A stretch of DNA of 64,000 nt from Spirochaetia bacterium (GCA_965203905.1 CBDBDQ010000005.1:3008001-3072000), one strand, 5' to 3'. Positions 19,062 to 30,350 are shown, numbered from the stretch's first letter. A program made the numbers and translations. The notes: a model not told the origin generated them from the letters alone.

Positions 19062-20345
19062 CTATTGGGCCTTCTCGATCTCATCGAGAAGCGCCGCGTA
19101 GTTGTCGCTGAGGGCCTGTGCGGGCCCCTTCTCTCCGTAGTAGGCCTCTGCCATAGCAGACTCAAGATGCCTGAACAGGATAGGAGCCCAGGTGACGAGA
19201 GGCGCCCCCAGACCCGTCTTTACGCCTTCGAAAAGCGCAGCATTCAGCTCCGGATTCACGGCCGTGAATTGGTCTCTCATGCTGTTCAGAACCGGCACGT
19301 TACCAGTAGCCTCATATGCGGCCCACACTTCTTCCGGTGACATCCACTCTTCGATGAAACTCCATGCCAAATCCTTGTTCTTTGAAGCGGACGCTATGGA
19401 GTAGAGCCAGGCGCCATTCCAGTTGCTCGTGGTCATGGCTGCCTCGTCCTTGTGCAGGGTGAAGTAACCGACCTCATCCACCTTGTCGGGATAAGCCGCG
19501 AAGAACTGAGCCAGCATGGCTGAGCTGACTTGAGCAATGGCGGCGTTTCCCTTGGCAAACGCGGAGGAGGACCACTCCTGCGCCATCATGGTGTCAATAG
19601 AGACGTTCTCCTTGTAGAGATTGGTCATGAACTCCAGGGCCTCGATCCACTCGGAACCGTTGAAGGTTGGTTGCCCCTCATCATTCAGGAACTGGGCTCC
19701 GTTCATAACCGCCATCGGAACCAAGGTCAGGAAGTCGTTGATGGGCATGAGGTAGCCGGCCCGGGTGACGATAGACCCATCCCTCATCGTGAGTTGCGGA
19801 GCGACCCTAGCCAATTCTTCCCAAGTGTCGGGAGGATTGTTGGGATCGAGCCCGGCATCGCGGAAGTAGTCCTTTCGATATGCCCACACATAGGGGTCCG
19901 GATGATAGGCAAGACCGTAGTATAGTCCCTCGTACAAAGAAACATTGAGCATGCTCTGTGCCACATCTTCGAAACCGCTCCACTGGTCAAAATAGTCGTT
20001 GAGAGGCATGTAAACACCGTTGGCCGCATACAGGGCCACGTGCATAATGGCCCCTCCCACAACATCCGGTGGCGTTCCTCCAGCAACGGCCACGTTAAGC
20101 TTCTGTGGCAGATCTGGAGGGGCAACATACTCATAGTCAATCGTTACATTGGGGTACTTGTCCTCATATCTTTCAATGAAATCGCGGACGTAATTGACCC
20201 AAATATCTTGCGTGCCCATCCTCAGAAGCTTCAGAGTAACGGGCTCTTCGGGCGCAGATTGATCTTCTTGTCCGGTGCCCCAGGCCATAGCAATAACTAG
20301 GAACATCAGAGCTAACGAGATCGTAATCATTCTAATCTGTCTCAC
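19062..20345 (-). CDS. Carbohydrate ABC transporter substrate-binding protein
   Basis: Signal peptide ...AWGTGQED, KYPNVTI, AGLDPNNPPDTWEEL; GTG start after GAGGAGG. Confidence 0.88.
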   Translation of the reverse strand: MRQIRMITISLALMFLVIAMAWGTGQEDQSAPEEPVTLKLLRMGTQDIWVNYVRDFIERYEDKYPNVTIDYEYVAPPDLPQKLNVAVAGGTPPDVVGGAIMHVALYAANGVYMPLNDYFDQWSGFEDVAQSMLNVSLYEGLYYGLAYHPDPYVWAYRKDYFRDAGLDPNNPPDTWEELARVAPQLTMRDGSIVTRAGYLMPINDFLTLVPMAVMNGAQFLNDEGQPTFNGSEWIEALEFMTNLYKENVSIDTMMAQEWSSSAFAKGNAAIAQVSSAMLAQFFAAYPDKVDEVGYFTLHKDEAAMTTSNWNGAWLYSIASASKNKDLAWSFIEEWMSPEEVWAAYEATGNVPVLNSMRDQFTAVNPELNAALFEGVKTGLGAPLVTWAPILFRHLESAMAEAYYGEKGPAQALSDNYAALLDEIEKAQ

Positions 20346-20904
20346 ATCAAACCTCCTCGGTTCGTGCACTGTATTTTGCCAAGCGGAACGTCCCATAGTG
20401 TCCGCGCTAGTCGTATCCCGTCGGGAGTTTCATCCTCGCCTCCTGTGTGCCGTGAATACCCCGAACGCTCGGCGGGTGCGGCGCCGTTGGACAGAACTCC
20501 ACGCGAGGTCGGCGGTGGGCGGCGAACCGGTGCTGAAAGTGATGGCGCGGGCAGTGGCATCCACGCGGGCGGCGCAGGTGGCGCGGTCAGCCGGACCGGA
20601 TAGTGTTTCGCGCTTGTAAGGAAGAGTAGGGGGGAGGGTAAGACGCACTCGCTACGTTACCGTCAATCGGTGGCAGCGCTGGGTGGTGTCGTCACGCATC
20701 ATCCGCGTCCGTTCGAAATCCCGAACGAATTTACCATACACCCTCACGCGCAAGACATCAAGCACGCGCATTGTGCTGATCGTGTTGATGTAGATTGCGT
20801 TATGTCAGCAGCAATTCTCTATGACTGGCGGCTGGCCTGCCGCACGGCCGCAGTCCGGAAGCAACCGATCATACGGTCGCTCATCGGCAACAAGTACCTG
20901 CCGG

Positions 20905-21723
20905 TCAGCTCCCGCGGGCGGCGTGGTAGGGGGCCGGGTCGAAGCCGGGGTAGCGGGCCGCCATGGCGGCGGTGAACCGCGCGCTCCACAGCGGGTCTCC
21001 CGGCGGCGGGAACCCGAGCAGCTCCCGCTGCCGCGGAGTCGCCTCGGCCATGAAGCGGCGCATCGCTTCCGGGGTCGCGCCGCTCTTGTAGGTGAAGGTA
21101 CGGCCCCCGTCCCAGGGGCGGTCCTTGCGCGTGAAGCCCACCCACATCGCCGGGCGGTGGCCGTGGGCGGCGGTGAAGTCGGACGCCGCGTGGCGGGTGT
21201 AGATGCTGTACAGGCACACCGAACCGCCCGGCACGATCATCGGCACGAACTCCTCGTTGGGGCGTCCGTTCGGCACCATCCGTATCGGCGCCAGACCGGC
21301 ATCGACGTCGTCGAAGCAGTAGAAGCAGGCGAGGTGCATGAAGTCGTCCGGCTCGATGATCGGGCCCAGGGTGTTGTTGCCGTAGTCGATGTGAAAGTCG
21401 GTCCAGCGCTGTTCGCCCGCGTACTTCATCCCGAGGTGCCCTTCGTCGAGCTTGATTTCGCGGGTGCCGAGCACGCGTTCGGCGGCGGAGATGAGGTCGG
21501 GGTGGACGGTGACGTGGTTGAGGCCCGAGTGGTCCCAGGGAAACAGCGTCTGCTGCGGGGTGCGGTTTTTGCCTCCCGCCGCTGCGTACTCTGCGTAAGG
21601 CGGCGCGAACAGGGTGAAGAAACCGTCGAGCGCGGCGCGTCGCTCCTCCTCGGTGAGAAAGCTCTCGACGATCAGGAAGCCCTGCTTCCGATAGGTGTCG
21701 AGTTGCTGGTCGCTGATGTGCAT
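20905..21723 (-). CDS. PhyH family dioxygenase
   Basis: MHISDQQLDTYRKQGFLIVESFL, FHIDY, PGGSVCLYSIYTRHAAS; RBS GAGGAG. Confidence 0.8.
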   Translation of the reverse strand: MHISDQQLDTYRKQGFLIVESFLTEEERRAALDGFFTLFAPPYAEYAAAGGKNRTPQQTLFPWDHSGLNHVTVHPDLISAAERVLGTREIKLDEGHLGMKYAGEQRWTDFHIDYGNNTLGPIIEPDDFMHLACFYCFDDVDAGLAPIRMVPNGRPNEEFVPMIVPGGSVCLYSIYTRHAASDFTAAHGHRPAMWVGFTRKDRPWDGGRTFTYKSGATPEAMRRFMAEATPRQRELLGFPPPGDPLWSARFTAAMAARYPGFDPAPYHAARGS

Positions 21724-22409
21724 GCTATCTCCTCGATGCTCGCTCCGGACATGCGGAATACGGATGTGTGTGGATGCGATTTTGCGAGCGTCTCGGACGG
21801 GCTCAGGCGTGCGTACGCACCCTGGATCGTCTGGCTCATCAATTCGTGAGTCACGGCGGCCCTGATCGGGACACCACGGTCGATGGCGAGCCACCGCCGT
21901 GCCCGCACGGACATCAAGGCGTAGCTCTCTCCGCCCGGAATCCGGAAGTTCCATTCGTCGTGTGCACGCGCCTCGCGCGCCCCGGGAAAGCGGGCGTCGA
22001 CTTCCGCGAGCGTGAGTCCCTGCCATACCCCGAGGTGAAGCTCGACAAGCAGTGGCTCCACGGTGGCCGGTTCTCCTGTACCGAGTTCCATGCAAACGAT
22101 GGCTGCAGTCTGCCGTGCCCGACCAAGGGGGCTGGTCTCGACCACAAACGGAACCTGGTCCGAAAATGGCGGCCACCGGGCACTGCCCCATGCGCCGTTT
22201 TCGTGGTCTTCCGTGTCACGGGGTAACCGTGCTGCCTCACCACGAAGCAGCCCCGCGAGGAGCCGACCTGCCGCACGTGCCTGCTGTTCTCCTTGCCGAG
22301 TGAGCGGAGAGTCCAGCTGTCCCTGCTGGCGTCCAACGCGGTTCCACTCCGTTTGCCCGTGGCGAACGAGATAGAAGGTCGTGTTCGCTTTCGAGGTCCG
22401 AGGTCTCAG
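21672..22409 (-). CDS. Histidine phosphatase (phosphoglycerate mutase family), probable CTG start
   Basis: Frame continues upstream of the listed ORF to FYLVRHGQTEWNRVGRQQGQLDSPLT; SPLGRARQTA, ELHLGVWQG, PGGES, VTH; no ATG/GTG/TTG precedes RHG. Confidence 0.75.
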   Translation of the reverse strand: MRPRTSKANTTFYLVRHGQTEWNRVGRQQGQLDSPLTRQGEQQARAAGRLLAGLLRGEAARLPRDTEDHENGAWGSARWPPFSDQVPFVVETSPLGRARQTAAIVCMELGTGEPATVEPLLVELHLGVWQGLTLAEVDARFPGAREARAHDEWNFRIPGGESYALMSVRARRWLAIDRGVPIRAAVTHELMSQTIQGAYARLSPSETLAKSHPHTSVFRMSGASIEEIACTSATSNSTPIGSRAS

Positions 22410-22413
22410 GCGG

Positions 22414-23316
22414 TTACCCTTCGTACTCGTCCCGCTCGCGGGCGAAGCGCTTGAGCTTGGCGAAGAAGTCCTCGTGGATGAACCGCGCGTCGATGTCCTC
22501 GTAGACGCGAATCGGCCGATGGCCCCCCGTATGACGGTAGTGCATCGTGGGCTCGAACTCCGGCGCGGGGCGCCAGCTCCATGCGCCGCAGTCCGGGTAC
22601 ATCATCACGCCGACGCACGGGGAGTCGCCCAGCGAGCGATACGGCATGGCGGATGGCCTCGTCTCGCTGTTGTGCTCCACCAGTTGCTCGACGAGGTAGC
22701 GGCCGATCTTGCCGCACGGGTATACCTTGTCGAACAGTTCCGCGTAGCTCACCGGCATCCTGCGGTACACGTTTTGCGGGATCTGCCATACCTGGAGCCG
22801 GGACCGCATGATGACGTTGGCGGCGTTGACGTCGTTGGACAGGTTGTATTCGCGGCCACCGAGCGGCCACTTCCCTCCACCGATCCAGATCACCACGACG
22901 TTGCGTGATTCGATCGCCGGCTCCAGCAGCAGCGCTGACGCCATGTCGGTAAGCGGACCGTAGAAGGCGACGTGCAAGGGGCGCGGATCGTCCTGCAGAG
23001 CCTGCTCGATGATCAGGCGCGCACCCGGCGAATCGACCGGGGTGCGTTCGTCGGGCAGCGCATGTTCGGCGCCGTCGGCAACGTGGACCTGGTCGCGGAG
23101 CTCCATGAGATCGAGCAACAGCATGGTTTCATCGTGGCTGTCGCGGAGACTGTGCGCTGATTTTCCCGTTCCGAAGTGGGCGGGAACAACGCCGTGCAAC
23201 TCGAACGCCGGCGTGAGTATCGCGTGCACGATAGCGTACTGATCGTCCGCTTCGTTCTTGGCGTCGGTGTTCACGATAACGCGGATCTTCTTGTCGGGTG
23301 GAAACTCGTAGTGCAT
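22414..23316 (-). CDS. Nucleoside hydrolase-fold protein (IU-NH family, DAKNEADD variant)
   Basis: VIVNTDAKNEADDQYAI, GPLTDMASAL, WIGGG, EYNLSND, LGDS. Confidence 0.85.
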   Translation of the reverse strand: MHYEFPPDKKIRVIVNTDAKNEADDQYAIVHAILTPAFELHGVVPAHFGTGKSAHSLRDSHDETMLLLDLMELRDQVHVADGAEHALPDERTPVDSPGARLIIEQALQDDPRPLHVAFYGPLTDMASALLLEPAIESRNVVVIWIGGGKWPLGGREYNLSNDVNAANVIMRSRLQVWQIPQNVYRRMPVSYAELFDKVYPCGKIGRYLVEQLVEHNSETRPSAMPYRSLGDSPCVGVMMYPDCGAWSWRPAPEFEPTMHYRHTGGHRPIRVYEDIDARFIHEDFFAKLKRFARERDEYEG

Positions 23317-23412
23317 GAAACTCTCTCCTTACTTCAGGGTCTCTATATTTCCGTTGCAGTGTACCTCGCGGCCGGTCTCCGGCTGAAGCGGGCGCAACGC
23401 CGTCCGGACGGG

Positions 23413-24225
23413 TTACCCGTCGACCGCGGCCACGACGACCTCGATACCGCGACGCTCGAACTCGGCGCGGTCGTCGGCACCGATGCCGTCGTCCGTGACG
23501 AAGGTGTGAATCAGGTCCAGCCCGCCCAGCGCGGCAAGGGCGGACTTGCCGAGCTTCGTAGAGTCGGCCACAAGATACACCTGCCGCGCCGAAGCGATCA
23601 TCGCGCGCTTCACATGGATGTCGTTGAACCCCGGGTAGGTGAGGCCGGCGGCGAAGGAGATCCCGCCTGCGGCGAGGAACAGCTTGGCCACATGAACCTT
23701 GTCGAAGAACGCGGCGGCCTTCTCGCCGGTCAGAGACAGCGTGGGACCCTTGAACTCCCCGCCCGTGACCATGACCTCGAAACCGAAGTGCCCTCCCAGG
23801 AGCAACGCGATATTCAGTGCATTGGTGACGATCGTGAGGTCGCGCTTGCCCTCCAGGTTCTTGGCTACCTCGGTGACCGTGGAGCCCGCGTCCAGAATGA
23901 TGGTATCGCCGTCACGGACAAACTCCGCGACCTTGCGCCCAATCGCGTTCTTGCGCTGCATGTTCTCGGTGTGTTGCAGGCTGAGACTTCGAACCTGGTC
24001 GGGAATGCTCTTGAGGAACGCACCGCCGTACTCGCGTATGATCAGGCCATTCTCCTGCAGGCGGTCCAGGTCCTGTCGGATTGTTGGTTCGGAAACCGCG
24101 AACACCCGGCTGAGTTCGCTGACCCGCGCGCTGCCCTCCTCCTGCAGCAACTCGAGGATCCTCACCCGCCGGCGCTGGCCGAGAAGATTCGCTTGCCCTC
24201 TGCTCGAATTCGCTCTGTTTGCCAT
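23413..24225 (-). CDS. DeoR/GlpR family transcriptional regulator
   Basis: N-terminal HTH VSEPTIRQDLDRL; DGDTIILDAGST, TNAL, ADSTK. Confidence 0.93.
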   Translation of the reverse strand: MANRANSSRGQANLLGQRRRVRILELLQEEGSARVSELSRVFAVSEPTIRQDLDRLQENGLIIREYGGAFLKSIPDQVRSLSLQHTENMQRKNAIGRKVAEFVRDGDTIILDAGSTVTEVAKNLEGKRDLTIVTNALNIALLLGGHFGFEVMVTGGEFKGPTLSLTGEKAAAFFDKVHVAKLFLAAGGISFAAGLTYPGFNDIHVKRAMIASARQVYLVADSTKLGKSALAALGGLDLIHTFVTDDGIGADDRAEFERRGIEVVVAAVDG

Positions 24226-24354
24226 CTATACGATTATGCCGTGACCTTCACGCTGCGGCCCGCCCTGAGTCGAACTCGGACGACCCGCTCGGCATCGGCT
24301 GGCCGGTTACTCAAGCATACCATAGGTGAACGAAGCATAATACGCAACAATAGG

Positions 24355-24383
24355 TTGACTATCGTGATCGATTAACTTACGGT
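24355..24383 (+). promoter_or_regulatory. Putative promoter of apiose operon (TTGACT-17-TACGGT)
   Basis: In the AT-rich divergent intergenic region, about 30 nt upstream of the aptA start. Confidence 0.45.
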
Positions 24384-24413
24384 GGGCTGCGGGTTTCCGA
24401 GGGTGCATGACAG

Positions 24414-25253
24414 ATGACCGATCGAGAGCTGGCTCTGCAGTCGGTCCGCTACCGCCAGACCGTGCTGCGGATCATCAAGCAGGCCGGGGCAGGCCACACC
24501 GGGGGCAGCCTGTCGTGCATCGACATCCTCAACGTGTTGTACCACGACGTGTTGAATGTCTCCCCCGCTGCCTTTGCGGACCCCGCTCGCGACCGGTACA
24601 TCCACAGCAAGGGTCATTCCGTCGAGGCACTCTACACCGTCCTCGCCGACCGCGGGTTCTTCCCGGATTCGCATCTGCACACGTTGAGTCGCTACCGGTC
24701 GCACTTCGTTGGGCACCCGACAAGGAAGGTCAACGGCATCGAGCACAACACCGGCGCCCTCGGGCACGGCCTGTCGGTGGCCACGGGATTGGCGCTGGCC
24801 GGCGCCAGGAGCGAGCATCGATTCCGTGTGTTCGCACTGCTCGGCGACGGTGAGCTCGCGGAGGGCTCGGTGTGGGAGGCGGCGATGGCGGCGGCTCACT
24901 TCCGGCTGGACAACCTGGTGGTCATCGTCGATCGCAACGGACTGCAGATCACCGGGCGCACCGAGGACGTGATGAGCCTGGAGCCGCTGGCGCAGCGGTT
25001 CTCCGCCTTCGGCCTGGAGGTGCGCGCGTGCGACGGCCATGACGTCGTAGATCTGCGCACCGCGTTCGAGGAGGTCCCCTTTGCGCCGGGACGGCCCAGT
25101 GTGTTGCTCGCCCGTACGGTGAAGGGGAAGGGTGTGAGCTTCATGGAGGGCCAGGCCGGTTGGCACCACCACGTGCCGAACGACGACGAGTTCCGTTTGG
25201 CGTTGCAGGAGTTGCAGCGTGCAGAGGCCGAGTTGCAGGTGGCGCACGTTTGA
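24414..25253 (+). CDS. aptA: Transketolase N-terminal subunit (probable apulose-4-phosphate transketolase A)
   Basis: GHTGGSLS, SKGH, TGALGHGL, GDGELAEGSVWEA TPP motif; clustered with apsI- and aplK-like genes. Confidence 0.75.
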   Translation: MTDRELALQSVRYRQTVLRIIKQAGAGHTGGSLSCIDILNVLYHDVLNVSPAAFADPARDRYIHSKGHSVEALYTVLADRGFFPDSHLHTLSRYRSHFVGHPTRKVNGIEHNTGALGHGLSVATGLALAGARSEHRFRVFALLGDGELAEGSVWEAAMAAAHFRLDNLVVIVDRNGLQITGRTEDVMSLEPLAQRFSAFGLEVRACDGHDVVDLRTAFEEVPFAPGRPSVLLARTVKGKGVSFMEGQAGWHHHVPNDDEFRLALQELQRAEAELQVAHV

Positions 25254-26236
25254 GCAGCCAATCCAATGGGGCGCGGCACGCTCCCGCTCTGCCGGCCGGC
25301 CGGCCGAACCAGGAGATCTTCGCCGAGACGTTGCTGGAGGCGGCACGGCGCGACCCGACCGTCCTGGTGGTAACCAGCGACTCACGGGGGTCTGCGAGGC
25401 TCGGGGAGTTCGCCGACGAGTTTCCCGAACGCATCGTGGAGCTCGGCATCGCGGAGCAGAACGTCGTCGGCGTCGCGGCAGGCCTGGCAGCCGGGGGCAA
25501 CAAGGTCTTTGCCGTCTCCCCGGCATGCTTCCTCACCACCCGGGCGCTGGAGCAGATCAAGAACGACGTTGCTTACTCCGGCCACAAGGTGGTCCTGGTG
25601 GGGATCAGCGCAGGCGTGAGCTACGGCGCCCTGGGCTCGACCCACCACTCGCTGAACGATCTCGCATCGCTCAGGGCCCTGAACAACCTCGATATCGTCG
25701 TGCCGGCCGACAACCGACAGACGCGGCAGGCGGTGTTGGCGGCGCTCGACCACCCGCGTCCCCTGTACTTGCGATTCGGCAAGCGTCCGGTCCCGGATCT
25801 GCCTGCCGGCGGCGGCGAGTTCTCCGTCGGACGCGGAGACTGCATCGCCGAAGGTGCGGATGCCGCCCTGGTGGCCACCGGGGAGACGGTGTGGCGAGCC
25901 ATGGCGGCGCGCTCGGCCCTCGCGGAGGAAGGGATCTCCTGCCGGGTTCTGAGCATGCACTCCATTCGCCCATTCGACGGCGCCGCGCTGCTGGATGCGG
26001 CCCGGTCGGTACGCGCCGTCGTGTGCGTCGAGGAGCACTCGGTGCACGGAGGCCTCGGTGAGCAATGTGCGGCGTTGCTCATGCAGGAAGGGGTGCGGGT
26101 GCCTTACCGGATCATGGGCATCCCGGACGAGTACACGGTGACCGGCAGTCAGGAAGAAATTCTGTCGCACTACGGCATCTCGGCGCAGGGCATCGCCAGC
26201 GAGATTCGCCGGCTGCGGGAGTCCAGCCGATACTAG
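25250..26236 (+). CDS. aptB: Transketolase C-terminal subunit (probable apulose-4-phosphate transketolase B)
   Basis: TSDSRGSA, GIAEQN, GVSYGALGSTHHS, EEHSVHGGLG; TTG start overlaps aptA stop (TTGA). Confidence 0.75.
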   Translation: MSSQSNGARHAPALPAGRPNQEIFAETLLEAARRDPTVLVVTSDSRGSARLGEFADEFPERIVELGIAEQNVVGVAAGLAAGGNKVFAVSPACFLTTRALEQIKNDVAYSGHKVVLVGISAGVSYGALGSTHHSLNDLASLRALNNLDIVVPADNRQTRQAVLAALDHPRPLYLRFGKRPVPDLPAGGGEFSVGRGDCIAEGADAALVATGETVWRAMAARSALAEEGISCRVLSMHSIRPFDGAALLDAARSVRAVVCVEEHSVHGGLGEQCAALLMQEGVRVPYRIMGIPDEYTVTGSQEEILSHYGISAQGIASEIRRLRESSRY

Positions 26237-26263
26237 GAAACGCGACCAGGAAGGAGGAAAGAC

Positions 26264-27231
<968 letters not shown>

Positions 27232-27235
<4 letters not shown>

Positions 27236-27397
27236 CAGCCCGTGGCGAAACTCCGGCTGCATTCGAGCAGCGCTGCATCCCGGCTGGCTGCGTTGCTCGT
27301 CGCTCACATATACACGGATATGCTCGTTCCTCGCGCCTTGCCAGCCGGGCGCCTCGCCGCTCTCGGTGCGACGCCGGGTTCCACCACGGGCTGCTAG
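27232..27397. mobile_element. Palindromic MITE/REP-like element, CTAG at both ends
   Basis: Perfect 14-bp terminal inverted repeats CTAGCAGCCCGTGG / CCACGGGCTGCTAG; inner stems CCGGCTGGC/GCCAGCCGG and CATAT/ATATG; no plausible coding role. Confidence 0.75.
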
Positions 27398-27401
27398 CCG
27401 C

Positions 27402-28901
27402 ATGCACATCCTGGCCGTGGACCAGAGCACCGCGTCCACGAAGGGCGTGGTCTTCGATGAACGGGGCACGGTTGTGGCGCGGGCGTCGCGGCCCCACCGG
27501 CAGCATCACCCGCGGCCGGACTGGGCCGAGCACGATGCGGAGGAGATCTACCGCAACGTCCTCGCGGTAATCGGAGAACTGGTCCAGGGTGCGGTGGACG
27601 GCCGCTCGCTCGCCGGCCTGGCCATCACCAACCAGCGCGAGACCGCGGTGGTCTGGGACCGGAGTTCCGGCCGTCCCGTGCACGCGGCGATAGTCTGGCA
27701 ATGCATGAGGGGCGCCGCGGCGTGCCGCGAACTGCGCGACCAGGGGCTCGAGGAGCTGTTCCGGCAGCGCACGGGGCTGATCCTGGATCCATTTTTTTCT
27801 GCCAGCAAGATACGGTGGGTGCTGGAGCACGTGCCCGGCGCGCGCCGGAAGGCCGAATCAGGCCAGCTTCTGGCCGGCACCATCGACAGTTGGCTGGTGT
27901 GGAAGCTCACCGGCGGCGCCGTTCACGTCACCGACCTCTCCAATGCGAGCCGTACGCTGCTGCTGGATCTGCGGCAACGGCGATGGGACCCCGAGTTGTG
28001 TACGCACTTCGGCATTCCCCTGGAGATGCTGCCCGAGCTGGTTTCCTCGAGCGGGGTCCTGGGCGAGACGACCGCGGACGGCGCACTGCCGGCACCGCTA
28101 CCGATCGCCGGCATCGCCGGCGACTCGCACGCCGCCCTCTTCGGCCAGCGCTGTTTTTCTCCCGGTGACGTGAAGGTGACCGTGGGCACGGGTTCCTCCA
28201 TCATGGTGAACGTGGGCGCGCAGGTCCGTGATTCCGGCCGCGGGCTGGTCAGCTCGGTCGGGTTTGGACTCGACGACCGGGTCGATTACGTGCTGGAGGG
28301 CAACGTGCACGCGGCCGGCGACACCATCCAATGGCTGATCGAGGGACTGGAGCTGTTCGACGACATCGAGACGATCGAGCGGCTGGCGGGCTCGGTCGCC
28401 GACAGCGGCGGGGTGTGCCTGGTTCCGGCGTTCAGCGGGTTGGGAGCACCTTACTGGGACAATGACGCCACGGCGGTGCTGGCCGGAATGAGCCGCGAAA
28501 CCACCCGTGCGCACGTTGCCCGGGCTGCCGAAGAGAGCATCGCCTGGCAGGTGCGCGACGTGCTGGAGGCGGCGTGCGCGGTAGTGGGCACACCCCTGGC
28601 CGACCTGCGGCCGCGGTTGGACGGCGGCGGCAGCGAGAGCGACTTCCTGATGCAGACTCTGGCGGACCTGATCGGCGTTCCGCTGCTGGCCGCGCCGCAC
28701 CAGGACATGTCGGCTCTGGGTGTCGCTTTCCTGGCGGGCCTGGCGACCGGGGTGTGGCAGGGAACGGGCCAGCTCGAGGAGCTTCCGGTCGCCCGGCGCC
28801 GCTTCGAGCCCGCCCTGGCGGCGCGCGAGCGGGAACAGCGCTACGCGAACTGGCTGCGAACCGTGCAACGCGCCAGGCTGCGTCCGGATGAGTCCGGATG
28901 A
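27402..28901 (+). CDS. aplK: FGGY family carbohydrate kinase, glycerol-kinase-like (probable apulose kinase)
   Basis: ILAVDQSTASTK, ITNQRET, AIVWQC.R, GDSHAALFG, VPAFSGLGAPYWD; WQC and GDSH variants plus context favour AplK over GlpK. Confidence 0.7.
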   Translation: MHILAVDQSTASTKGVVFDERGTVVARASRPHRQHHPRPDWAEHDAEEIYRNVLAVIGELVQGAVDGRSLAGLAITNQRETAVVWDRSSGRPVHAAIVWQCMRGAAACRELRDQGLEELFRQRTGLILDPFFSASKIRWVLEHVPGARRKAESGQLLAGTIDSWLVWKLTGGAVHVTDLSNASRTLLLDLRQRRWDPELCTHFGIPLEMLPELVSSSGVLGETTADGALPAPLPIAGIAGDSHAALFGQRCFSPGDVKVTVGTGSSIMVNVGAQVRDSGRGLVSSVGFGLDDRVDYVLEGNVHAAGDTIQWLIEGLELFDDIETIERLAGSVADSGGVCLVPAFSGLGAPYWDNDATAVLAGMSRETTRAHVARAAEESIAWQVRDVLEAACAVVGTPLADLRPRLDGGGSESDFLMQTLADLIGVPLLAAPHQDMSALGVAFLAGLATGVWQGTGQLEELPVARRRFEPALAAREREQRYANWLRTVQRARLRPDESG

Positions 28902-28924
28902 CAGTGCAATGCCAAAGCAAACGC

Positions 28925-28953
28925 TTGACATCGAAAACAGTCGAGTCTATGAT
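28925..28953 (+). promoter_or_regulatory. Near-consensus sigma70 promoter TTGACA-17-TATGAT
   Basis: TTGACA 28925-28930, TATGAT 28948-28953, followed by RBS GGAGG and ATG 28980. Confidence 0.75.
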
Positions 28954-28979
28954 TATCGGATCATCGTTAGGAGGTGTGT

Positions 28980-30314
28980 ATGTTCAAACGAAGCATCGTA
29001 TTCGTTCTGGCGCTCGTGGTTGCGGGGGGGATGGCATTTGCATCCGCTGCCGAGGAGTCGGGCGCGGGCGCTTCAAGTGCCGAGGAGTTGACCTACTGGT
29101 ACGCGGGCACGGATGCGGAGATCGCATTCGTACAAGCGGCCGTGGACGAGTACAACGCGCAGTCCAGCGGCCCGCAGATTCAGATGGTCGAGCGCCCGGC
29201 CAGCAACGAGGCAATGGCGACCGCGATCGCGGGTGGTCAGGGCCCGGACATTCTGCATTACAACCACAACACGGTGTGGTTCTTCGGCCTGGATTCCATC
29301 TACGACCTGAAGGAGTTCGTGCTCGACGACGAGATCGGGATGGACTCGGGGTCGTTCATGCCCGCTCCGCGCATGTCGGTGAACTACGGTGGCCAAGTGA
29401 TCGCGCTGCCGATCTCGTTCGGCCTTGGAGCGGTGATGTACAACGCCCGGCTGATCGAGGAGGCTGGGCTCGATGCCAGCGACCCACCGCAGACCTGGGC
29501 CGAATTCGAAGAGTGGGCGGAGGCGCTGACGAAACGCGAAGGCGAGGAGACCGTACAGTGGGGCGTGACGGTGGACTCGGTGGACTGGCTGCTGCAGGAA
29601 GTGATGTTCGCGAACGGCGGCGACTGGAACAACGACGACATGTCGGAGTACGCACCGTTCAAGGAAGAGCTGATCGGCGGAGTGGCGTGGATCGATCGAC
29701 TGGTCAACGAGTTGGAGGTGATGCCGATCCCGCGAGGGGTTACCTGGACCGGCACGTCACAAATGCTCGCCGGCGAACAGGGCTTCGAAAACGAGACGAT
29801 CGCGATGAAGATTGGTCACAGCGGCTTCGCCGGTGAGATGGCGATAAATCCCGATCTCCGCATCGGGCTGTTCCCGATTCCGCGTGGTCCCCTGGCCGGC
29901 GACACGGTCCGTATCAGCACCGGTTACAACGGGCTGCACGTGATGTTCAACTCGGCCGACCCACGAGAGAGCTACCTGTTCATGAAGTGGATGGTGGAGA
30001 ACAAGGCCTCGGACCTGGCGTCCATCACCACCAGCTTTCCCGCGTACGCCGAGAACCTGGACCGGTATCGGAACGATCCCACCTTCGCCGCGATGGTGGA
30101 TCACCTGCTGAAGAGCCCGGTGCGGCGGTTTCACGTCTTTCCGGCGCGCCTCGACGTACGCTCACAAGAGCCGGCCGTGGTGGAGAATGTGCTCCTTGGC
30201 CGCATGACTCCGCGCGAGTCGGTGGAGAATTTCAAGGAGCATGCCAAGCGCGTGTTTGCCGAGAACCGCATGGAGCTCGACGAGTTCATCTCGATTCAGG
30301 AGCCAGTCTGGTAG
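28980..30314 (+). CDS. Carbohydrate ABC transporter substrate-binding protein
   Basis: Signal peptide AFASAAEE; MYNARLIEEAGLDASDPPQTWAEF. Confidence 0.88.
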   Translation: MFKRSIVFVLALVVAGGMAFASAAEESGAGASSAEELTYWYAGTDAEIAFVQAAVDEYNAQSSGPQIQMVERPASNEAMATAIAGGQGPDILHYNHNTVWFFGLDSIYDLKEFVLDDEIGMDSGSFMPAPRMSVNYGGQVIALPISFGLGAVMYNARLIEEAGLDASDPPQTWAEFEEWAEALTKREGEETVQWGVTVDSVDWLLQEVMFANGGDWNNDDMSEYAPFKEELIGGVAWIDRLVNELEVMPIPRGVTWTGTSQMLAGEQGFENETIAMKIGHSGFAGEMAINPDLRIGLFPIPRGPLAGDTVRISTGYNGLHVMFNSADPRESYLFMKWMVENKASDLASITTSFPAYAENLDRYRNDPTFAAMVDHLLKSPVRRFHVFPARLDVRSQEPAVVENVLLGRMTPRESVENFKEHAKRVFAENRMELDEFISIQEPVW

Positions 30315-30350
30315 CGTACCATCTCACGCACCAGTGAGATAACGGAGACC

